Assembly: GCA_016187835.1 (NCBI GenBank)
Contig: JACPIY010000104.1
Span: 5,327-69,326, forward strand
DNA from: Deltaproteobacteria bacterium
GTDB lineage: Bacteria > Desulfobacterota_D > UBA1144 > Nemesobacterales > CSP1-2
DNA length: 64,000 nt
Direction of reading: 5' to 3'
Position 1 is the stretch's first letter; every line of letters starts with the position of its first letter. Both the position numbers and the translations under genes were made by a program. A model generated the notes under the pieces. It worked only from the letters and a program-made list of their open reading frames with translations, was not told the DNA's origin and searched no databases. This document shows positions 57,251 through 64,000 of the stretch, piece by piece.

Positions 57251-58291
57251 GTGTTCATTTTAGATGGAGGAACAAGAGTTGTCGTTCCAAGAACTGAGCT
57301 AACCTATCCGGGGCATAATTTAAAACTGCATCAAAATGCGGCCGATCCTGTAAAATCCCCCGTTGACCACGTGATGGCCGATCTTGAAGACGCCTGTCCT
57401 TACGAATTCAAAGGGGATAAAAGCAGACAGGTAATGGTCGAAGCACTAAACACTATAGACTTTGGGAAGAAGGTTGTGACCGTAAGACCTAACAACCTCC
57501 GCTCCGAGTTTTTTTACGGCGATATGGAAGCTGTGATGAGCGGGGCTGTGGATAAGTTTCACGGCGTTATAATCCCCAAAATTCACGGACCCGAGGATGT
57601 AAAGCTCGTTTCAGACCTGCTTGACGAGTTAGAAGCGAAATACGGATGGAAGACTAAAGTGTCGATTGAAACCCTGATCGAAAGACCGCGGGCACTTGAA
57701 TATGCCTATGAAATCGCAACCGCATCCCCAAGGATGGCAGGTCTTATCTTCGGAATCGCAGACTACGCAGCAGAACTAGGTGCCGATCCTGATCTACTTC
57801 TTGATAGACAGAATGAGATCTTCTACTATGAGAAAAAAGCGACTGTCACTGCAGCAAAGGCTGCAGGGCTTCATGCAATTGATAACGTTTATCTTAGAAT
57901 TTGGAGAAAGGGCGACTCAGCCGAAGTTGTAAAACAGGTTGACGAGGGGCTTCGTAGAAAGAACGAAGGCGCAGCGGCAATAGGAATGGACGGAACGTGG
58001 GTAATTCACCCCCAGCAGGCTCAGATAGCAAATGAGTGCTATACCCCTACAAAAAAGCAGATAGAAGAAGCAAAATACCAGCTTGATTTTTACCATGAAA
58101 TGGGCGGCGGCTCTATGTTTGACCCTAAGACAGGACAGATGATAGATGAAGCCACGGCCAAAATAGCCCTGATGAGAGTGTCCAAAGCTTATATGGCTGG
58201 ACTCGTAACTAAGGAGTACGTTGATACAATGGCGGAGAAGAGTAAATCTATAACCGGTTACGATATACGCCGCTCAAGCGAGAAACGGTAA
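57251..58291 (+). CDS. HpcH/HpaI aldolase - citrate lyase beta (CitE)-like acyl-CoA lyase (malyl-CoA/citramalyl-CoA lyase family)
   Basis: AAAGGAGG RBS 9 nt before GTG 57251 (ORF track start 57209 lies upstream of the RBS); PRTEL..PG N-terminus and DxE/D metal site of CitE-like lyases. Confidence 0.65.
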   Translation: MFILDGGTRVVVPRTELTYPGHNLKLHQNAADPVKSPVDHVMADLEDACPYEFKGDKSRQVMVEALNTIDFGKKVVTVRPNNLRSEFFYGDMEAVMSGAVDKFHGVIIPKIHGPEDVKLVSDLLDELEAKYGWKTKVSIETLIERPRALEYAYEIATASPRMAGLIFGIADYAAELGADPDLLLDRQNEIFYYEKKATVTAAKAAGLHAIDNVYLRIWRKGDSAEVVKQVDEGLRRKNEGAAAIGMDGTWVIHPQQAQIANECYTPTKKQIEEAKYQLDFYHEMGGGSMFDPKTGQMIDEATAKIALMRVSKAYMAGLVTKEYVDTMAEKSKSITGYDIRRSSEKR

Positions 58292-58349
58292 TGAAACCCC
58301 TCAAATATTCAACTCTTATTAGGTAAAATTATAAGGCAATTTAGCTCCC

Positions 58350-59498
58350 ATGAAAAAAAGAGATAGAAAGGCCCTGATTTCCCGCGTTAAAAAGGTAGTG
58401 ATAAAGATAGGGAGTAGTGTTCTCACAAATGAGTATGGCGAGCTATCAGAGGGCGTGTTTGATGAGATTGCTCGTGAAGTTTCCAGGATCAAATCCGGGG
58501 GAGTCGAGCCTATCCTAGTGTCTTCAGGCGCAATAGCCGCCGGAATGAAGAAACTAAGGCTCGGCGAAAAACCTAAAGACATTTCGACGAAACAGGCTAT
58601 TGCTGCCTGTGGACAGAGCACTCTTATTTGGTACTATGAAAAGGCCTTCTCAGGGTTCGGCGAGAGGGTCGCACAGATACTGTTGACCCATGATGGTCTT
58701 TCAGTAAGAAAAAGATTTCTAAACGCACGTAAAACTCTATTCACACTTCTTAGAATGGGAGTAATCCCTATCGTAAATGAAAACGACACTGTAGCAGTTG
58801 AGGAAATTATGTTCGGCGACAACGATAACCTTGCCGCCCTTGTCACCAGCTTGGTTGAGGCCGACCTACTTATTCTACTGAGCGACATTGACGGTCTCTA
58901 CAATAAAAACCCAAGAAACCATAGTGATGCAGAGTTCATTTCGGTAATAGAAGAGATTGACGAAAGGGTTAAAGAGATAGCCGGAGAAACCCTTGGAAAA
59001 ACCACGACAGGCGGAATGAAGACAAAGATTGAGGCTTCAAAAACCGCTGCTGCATTTGGAGTTCCCACAATCATAGCGAACGGTAAAAATTCAAATACGC
59101 TCTCGGAAATATTTTCTGGTAAAGAATTAGGAACTCTTTTTCTTCCAGCAAAAGAGAAGATCAACGCAAGAAAACATTGGATAGCGTTTACTCTTAAACC
59201 CTCTGGAGAAATCATAATTGATGATGGTGCAAGAAGGGCTATTACATCCTTCGGGAAAAGCCTTCTTCCTGCGGGAATAAAAGAGGTACGTGGAGAGTTT
59301 GAAGTAGGTGAGCTTGTAAAGTGCATTGATGAAATGGGAGTGGAGGTTGCAAGAGGACTTACTTGCTATGGCTCGGATGACATAAAAAAAATAGTCGGTG
59401 CTAAAACCTCAAATATAGAAAAGATCCTGGGATATAAATACAGTGACGAGATAATACACAGAGACGATTTGGTGGTTATATCAAGGATGGGAATTTGA
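58350..59498 (+). CDS. proB: glutamate 5-kinase with C-terminal PUA domain
   Basis: 382 aa; VIKIGSSVLT and amino-acid kinase fold, PUA domain at C-terminus. Confidence 0.9.
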   Translation: MKKRDRKALISRVKKVVIKIGSSVLTNEYGELSEGVFDEIAREVSRIKSGGVEPILVSSGAIAAGMKKLRLGEKPKDISTKQAIAACGQSTLIWYYEKAFSGFGERVAQILLTHDGLSVRKRFLNARKTLFTLLRMGVIPIVNENDTVAVEEIMFGDNDNLAALVTSLVEADLLILLSDIDGLYNKNPRNHSDAEFISVIEEIDERVKEIAGETLGKTTTGGMKTKIEASKTAAAFGVPTIIANGKNSNTLSEIFSGKELGTLFLPAKEKINARKHWIAFTLKPSGEIIIDDGARRAITSFGKSLLPAGIKEVRGEFEVGELVKCIDEMGVEVARGLTCYGSDDIKKIVGAKTSNIEKILGYKYSDEIIHRDDLVVISRMGI

Positions 59499-59617
59499 AT
59501 ACTTCTTGGACCTTGAAATATTTATCTGGTACTGGTTAATGCGGTAGGGGCTTTCAATTGAACTCCCCTACTAAACTGACATAACTACTCAGGGTTATTA
59601 CGCGAATAAATTTTAAA

Positions 59618-60667
59618 TTGCATTGGGAACTTGGAGCAATGGGATCTGCGAAGAAAATATTGATAAAGATAGCCACAATCACCATCTTATCAATGGCTTC
59701 ATTAACTATCCTCTTTTACTTTACTTATTTAGCTCCCTCATCTCAAAGAAGAACAATCGTAGAAATCCCCAAGGGACAGGGCGTCAAGAGAATCGGCCTT
59801 AGACTGGAGCAGTCTTGGGTTATAAAGAGTGATGAGTTGTTTGTTTTCTACGTAATTGTTAAAAGGGCTCAAAATCAACTCAAGGCGGGAGAGTATGAGT
59901 TTCAACCCGGTGAATCCATGGCTCAAATAATTGAGAAGCTCGTAAAAGGTGATGTGATAGTCCGAAAGATCACTATACCGGAGGGGTTGACGATAGATCA
60001 AATAGGAGAGCTTTTAGATATAAACGGAGTTATCTTGAAAGAGGAATTTCTAAAGAAAACCAAAAGCATTAAGTTCGCAAGAGAGCTTCTTGGAGAATCA
60101 ATATCGAGCTTTGAAGGTTATCTGTTTCCCGATACTTATTCCTATACAAAGGGAATAAGCTCGGAAGAATTTATAAGGGTTATGGTATCTAGGTTTAAAA
60201 AGGTTTACGGGTCGCTTAAAACCCAATATCGAGAAGTAAATCTAACCGATCAGGAGGTTGTAACTCTGGCATCAATTATTGAGAAAGAAACGGGAAGTGC
60301 TTATGAACGTCCTTTGATCTCTGCGGTTTTTCATAATCGGCTAAGACTCGGAATGAGACTTGAAAGTGATCCCACTGTAATCTATGGATTGGGCGGGGAT
60401 TTCGATGGAGATCTTACAAAAGAGAATTTAAGAACCGAAGCCACTTATAATACCTATGGAAGCATTGGACTTCCGCCAGGACCGATTTCAAACCCCGGAA
60501 AGGATTCACTTGAATCTGCTTTAAATCCGGCAAAGGTTAATTATCTATATTTTGTCTCAAAAGGAGAAGGAGATGGTACCCACTACTTTTCTTCTGACTA
60601 TAGAGATCACCGAGAAGCTGTGTTTAAGTATCAAAAACAGTCCGGCGCTACTGAGAAAAAACATTAG
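59618..60667 (+). CDS. mltG: endolytic murein transglycosylase MltG (YceG-like)
   Basis: 349 aa; N-terminal TM, YceG domain with catalytic region LASIIEKETG. Confidence 0.85.
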   Translation: MHWELGAMGSAKKILIKIATITILSMASLTILFYFTYLAPSSQRRTIVEIPKGQGVKRIGLRLEQSWVIKSDELFVFYVIVKRAQNQLKAGEYEFQPGESMAQIIEKLVKGDVIVRKITIPEGLTIDQIGELLDINGVILKEEFLKKTKSIKFARELLGESISSFEGYLFPDTYSYTKGISSEEFIRVMVSRFKKVYGSLKTQYREVNLTDQEVVTLASIIEKETGSAYERPLISAVFHNRLRLGMRLESDPTVIYGLGGDFDGDLTKENLRTEATYNTYGSIGLPPGPISNPGKDSLESALNPAKVNYLYFVSKGEGDGTHYFSSDYRDHREAVFKYQKQSGATEKKH

Positions 60668-62759
60668 TAAATGGGTCTACTCGTGGTTTTTCGAAAACGG
60701 CAGGAGTAAATAGTTTTTTGTCTTTTTTCTCTATTCTGATTAAGCCGTCCTTTCCACGCGAGGCGATGAACTGTGTGCCGCTTGTTTCTTCGGAAATCTT
60801 CTGAAGAATCTTGGGATAGTTCTTGGAGCCTATGAATATTGAATGAATGCAAATACCAAGTTTCCTTGCTCTTATTCTCTCATTTGCAACCTCACAGTCC
60901 CCGGATGTCGGGATTCCATCGGTAATAAAAAGTATATGTTTGTTTCTCTGTCCTCTTCCCTTAAATTCGGAGATGGCGTCCTTGAGAGCGTCTTCATAGT
61001 TTGTATTTCCTGAGCACTCGGTTTTTGATGCGAGTTCAAGAATCCAGCGATAATCCCTAGTGAAATACTTTCCATTTCTTTTGTACTTGTAAGATCGGTG
61101 GTTGAACTCGATATATCCGACCTTCATTTTTTTAGTTCTGGCAAGCTCAATAACCCCTCGGACAACGGATGAAGACCACTCACTGTAAACGCCCATCATT
61201 GAGGTGCTTACATCTCTAAGTATCGCAATCTCTCCTCCCATTACCTCTTTCTCACGTTTATGAACCCTTGGGAGAGTAGGTGTTGTATGTTGAGTCCAAA
61301 ACATTGCTTCAAACGGGTCTACGTCTTCCATCTCGTCAAAGTGAATCATTTTCTTCCATTTTCTCGGCTGTCCTCCTGGATGTGGAGCATCAAGAGCTAT
61401 GGTTCTCTGAATATTCCCTTCAAGAACCTTCATTATTATCCTTACGTTGTCTGCTGACTCTAAGTTCCTTTTTCCTCCAATCCAGTAATCTTCTTCGTCG
61501 CCGGGACGGGGGGACTTACTCGAATATGTCTTCTGAGATACTTTGGGTCTGTCTTTCTCACCTTCTCCGTCATTATCTTCAGGATGTCCGCCTACCTCCA
61601 TCTCAAAATTCCGATCGCCTTCAATGCTCATATTATTATCTTTTGCCATATTTTCTTTAAGCTCTTTTAGTGCTTGAAAAAAGGTTCTACGAGCTTCTGA
61701 AAGCTGATCGGAGGACTGTTCTTGCTTGTCGTCGAGGGTTTCTTTTTGCTGATTGCCAGGCATATCCCGGTTAAATTCAGACATCGCCTGTTCTATATTG
61801 CTCTTTGAATCTCTGCGGGCTTTTTTTTTTGAGATTACATCCTCGATAATCTCATCAAGTTTAAGGAAAACCTCCTCAGGTATTCGGAAAGCCGTCATGT
61901 ATTTTAGAGCCTTGAGGTCTTCGGGCATACAGCGTTCTCTGTTATGCAGAAGAGCGTGTGCTCTCATGATTTTAAGGGATTTTACAAAAAAAGTTCTATC
62001 AGAAATAAGCGAGTTGGATTCATTAAGACCATAATCTTCAATCAGGATTGCGACCAGGTTTGCCAATCCTTCCTGTACATCAGAAGGGATTTCCACAGTA
62101 CCGAGCTTAACATAATATTCGTCAAAGATATTCTTGCTTACCCTTACAGGGACTTCATACTCAAACGGTCTTTCTGAGTAGAGTTTTATTACTTTTCTTG
62201 CTTGTTCCCATTTCTTTCCATAGGAAAGCCCCTGAGCATTTATCTGGAGCACAAACCGATCAAGGTTTGCCGGGTCTAAAGGTTCGTTATAGTACTCGTC
62301 GGCGGTAGGGTTGCTTGTAGCGATTGCAGTGAGAAGCGGAATAGACTCATCCCCGAATTTTCTTTCATTCAAGATTCTAAGGAGTACGTTGAGTGATTCG
62401 CCTGGTGCACGGGAAATATCGTCAAGAAGACAAATCTCTGCAGTAAGTATTCCACCTTTTACAATTCTCTGTTTTATGATCTCTCCTTCTTTATCTACTA
62501 TCTGCTTTGAAATCACAAGATCACCCAATAATTCTGAAAGCCTTGTATCTCTATGAAGCTGATAGAAGAAGAATCTAAGCTGTGCCGCACCCGAAATAAT
62601 CTCGGCAAGCATCGTCTTGGCTGTTCCTGGAGGGCCTTCTATATAGATGTGCTCTCTGGAAATCACACCGAGAAGTAGACACATTTTAACCTCTTCATGC
62701 CCTATCACAAGCTTATCCATTTCGTCTTTAAGTAACTTGAAAGGATTCTGATCTGTCAT
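60648..62759 (-). CDS. fused MoxR-like AAA+ ATPase / von Willebrand factor A protein (ChlD-like architecture)
   Basis: 703 aa; N-terminal Walker A GPPGTAKT and Walker B CLLDDI; acidic linker; C-terminal vWA with MIDAS DVSTSM and ILFITDG. Confidence 0.75.
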   Translation of the reverse strand: MTDQNPFKLLKDEMDKLVIGHEEVKMCLLLGVISREHIYIEGPPGTAKTMLAEIISGAAQLRFFFYQLHRDTRLSELLGDLVISKQIVDKEGEIIKQRIVKGGILTAEICLLDDISRAPGESLNVLLRILNERKFGDESIPLLTAIATSNPTADEYYNEPLDPANLDRFVLQINAQGLSYGKKWEQARKVIKLYSERPFEYEVPVRVSKNIFDEYYVKLGTVEIPSDVQEGLANLVAILIEDYGLNESNSLISDRTFFVKSLKIMRAHALLHNRERCMPEDLKALKYMTAFRIPEEVFLKLDEIIEDVISKKKARRDSKSNIEQAMSEFNRDMPGNQQKETLDDKQEQSSDQLSEARRTFFQALKELKENMAKDNNMSIEGDRNFEMEVGGHPEDNDGEGEKDRPKVSQKTYSSKSPRPGDEEDYWIGGKRNLESADNVRIIMKVLEGNIQRTIALDAPHPGGQPRKWKKMIHFDEMEDVDPFEAMFWTQHTTPTLPRVHKREKEVMGGEIAILRDVSTSMMGVYSEWSSSVVRGVIELARTKKMKVGYIEFNHRSYKYKRNGKYFTRDYRWILELASKTECSGNTNYEDALKDAISEFKGRGQRNKHILFITDGIPTSGDCEVANERIRARKLGICIHSIFIGSKNYPKILQKISEETSGTQFIASRGKDGLIRIEKKDKKLFTPAVFEKPRVDPFTNVFSQ

Positions 62760-63043
62760 TATCTGCTTTCCCCTCCGTTGGTTGTACTCGTTTTAATTTT
62801 ACACAAGTGAGATTTCTTTTGCAATATTCAATTCTCCGGGTTGCCTTATACCGGTCGCTTATTGTTTCTAACAGCTCCTCAACCTTATGCGGATTTAATG
62901 CCGAATGCAGCATTCCATAATCTTAAATCGAGGGTTTGTTCGCACGGTTCGTTCTGACTAAAAAATCAGCACATATGCCTAAGCTTTAAGCACAATTGTT
63001 GTTTTTCTGATTCACACTTGTCAAAAAACAAAGACTTCTTAGC

Positions 63044-63059
63044 TGGCATATTATTTGCA
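63044..63059 (+). promoter_or_regulatory. sigma-54 (RpoN) -24/-12 promoter TGGCAT-N5-TTGCA upstream of amt
   Basis: Exact GG-N10-GC spacing with flanking consensus bases (TGGCATattatTTGCA), ~205 nt upstream of amt start. Confidence 0.6.
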
Positions 63060-63264
63060 CTTCACGTCCTTTAATAAAGCCCTATAAAGGAGGTATAAAA
63101 ATGATAACCGGTTGGATTCTAAGGTTATAACCTTAACTGTTTGCCAGTCATCATCCAGAATTAGCATATAAGAAAAACAAGGTTTTGTCTTAAAAGCTAT
63201 GTTAGATCTGTGCAAACAAAATAACCAGAAATATGTAAGTTTGAGTCTAAAGGAGGGAGAGAAA

Positions 63265-64000
63265 ATGGAAGAATTAAAGAAAGTTAATAATGTTTTAAGC
63301 TTAGTTGTGTACCCGATTTTATTTCTAACATTAGTTCTGTTTTCAAGTTTGTGTTTTGCTCAAGAGGCTGCTCCACCATCCACAGTTGATACGGGTGACA
63401 CCGCTTGGATACTCACATCATCAGCCTTGGTGTTAATGATGACAATACCAGGCCTTTTTCTCTTCTACGGGGGCTTGGTTAGAGGAAAAAACGTTCTTGG
63501 CACTATAATGCACAGCTTTATCATTGTTGGCCTGATTAGTGTTCAGTGGGTGCTCTGGGGCTATACTCTTGCTTTCGGGCCGGACAAGGGAGGAATCATC
63601 GGTAGCCTTGCATGGCTTGGGTTAAAGGGAGTAGGACTCGATCCCAACCCTGACTATGCCGCTACCATTCCACATCAAGCATTTATGATTTTCCAGATGA
63701 TGTTTGCGATTATCACGCCTGCTCTAATTACCGGCGCATTTGCTGAGCGGGCAAAGTTCAGCACCTTTATTATCTTTATCCTACTCTGGGCGACATTTAT
63801 CTACGACCCTCTAGCCCACTGGGTGTGGGCAGTAGGTGGATGGATAAGAAATTTGGGAGCCTTAGATTTTGCCGGTGGCACTGTGGTTCATATTAGCTCT
63901 GGCGTATCGGCTCTTGCGGCTGCATTTATGTTTGGCAAGCGGATTGGCTATGGAAACGAACCGATGCCGCCGCACAACCTCCCCTTTAGTGTTATTGGGG
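63265..64000 (+). CDS. amt: ammonium transporter Amt (3' partial, continues beyond window)
   Basis: Signal peptide then Amt signature DTGDTAWILTSSALVLMMTIPGLFLFYGG ... DFAGGTVVHISSG; AGGAGGGAG RBS upstream of ATG 63265; absent from ORF track because it has no stop inside the window. Confidence 0.9.
   Translation, partial: MEELKKVNNVLSLVVYPILFLTLVLFSSLCFAQEAAPPSTVDTGDTAWILTSSALVLMMTIPGLFLFYGGLVRGKNVLGTIMHSFIIVGLISVQWVLWGYTLAFGPDKGGIIGSLAWLGLKGVGLDPNPDYAATIPHQAFMIFQMMFAIITPALITGAFAERAKFSTFIIFILLWATFIYDPLAHWVWAVGGWIRNLGALDFAGGTVVHISSGVSALAAAFMFGKRIGYGNEPMPPHNLPFSVIG

Noticed and set aside
58898-59326. 142-aa minus-strand ORF inside proB
   Set aside because: Antisense to a highly conserved glutamate 5-kinase gene.
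1-64000. tRNA genes, rRNA genes, CRISPR arrays, transposases/integrases
   Set aside because: No T-loop/anticodon-arm patterns in intergenic spacers, no regularly spaced direct repeat array, and no ORF with transposase/integrase/recombinase motifs; the repeat-flanked cassette contains no such gene.

Overview
64-kb chromosomal window from an AT-leaning bacterium, densely packed with genes on both strands. No rRNA, tRNA, CRISPR array or transposase was found.

Gene content, in order:
- (i) The 3' end of an ABC ATPase plus an ABC-2 permease.
- (ii) A non-canonical cbb3-type oxidase locus on the minus strand: ccoS, ccoN, ccoO, a monoheme c-type cytochrome, a DsbD_2-like membrane protein and the Cu-ATPase ccoI.
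- (iii) A divergent sco1 – caa3-type cytochrome oxidase (subunits II, I, III, IV) – ctaA – ctaB cluster.
- (iv) An ECF sigma / zinc-finger anti-sigma / PrsW protease module (PrsW frameshifted), followed by a MacA/HlyD – MacB-like ABC – two FtsX permeases efflux system (adaptor frameshifted).
- (v) An apparent operon of a Fur-family regulator, CbiM, CbiQ, CbiO and a NuoF-like flavoprotein.
- (vi) FAD oxidoreductases, CarD, DUF58, a BatA-like protein, a phosphodiesterase, glnE and priA.
- (vii) A small defence/toxin-antitoxin island (HicAB; DUF2283 / DUF4258 / YgiT zinc finger), ending in an uncharacterised 493-aa protein with an RxxxxHG (HEPN-like) motif and a translationally coupled 69-aa partner. 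This is the most novel-looking element in the window.
- (viii) An alcohol dehydrogenase, a class I aldolase, a phasin-like protein, PcaC/PcaD-like genes, a cupin and bioF-bioA-bioB. The bio genes are separated by REP-like palindromes, a perfect 20-bp palindrome sits upstream of bioB, and an inverted-repeat-flanked one-gene cassette (nucleoside 2-deoxyribosyltransferase) is adjacent.
- (ix) ALDH, an enoyl-CoA hydratase deletion remnant, ACAD and a CitE-like lyase.
- (x) proB, mltG, a fused MoxR-AAA/vWA protein, and a sigma-54 promoter upstream of a 3'-truncated amt gene.
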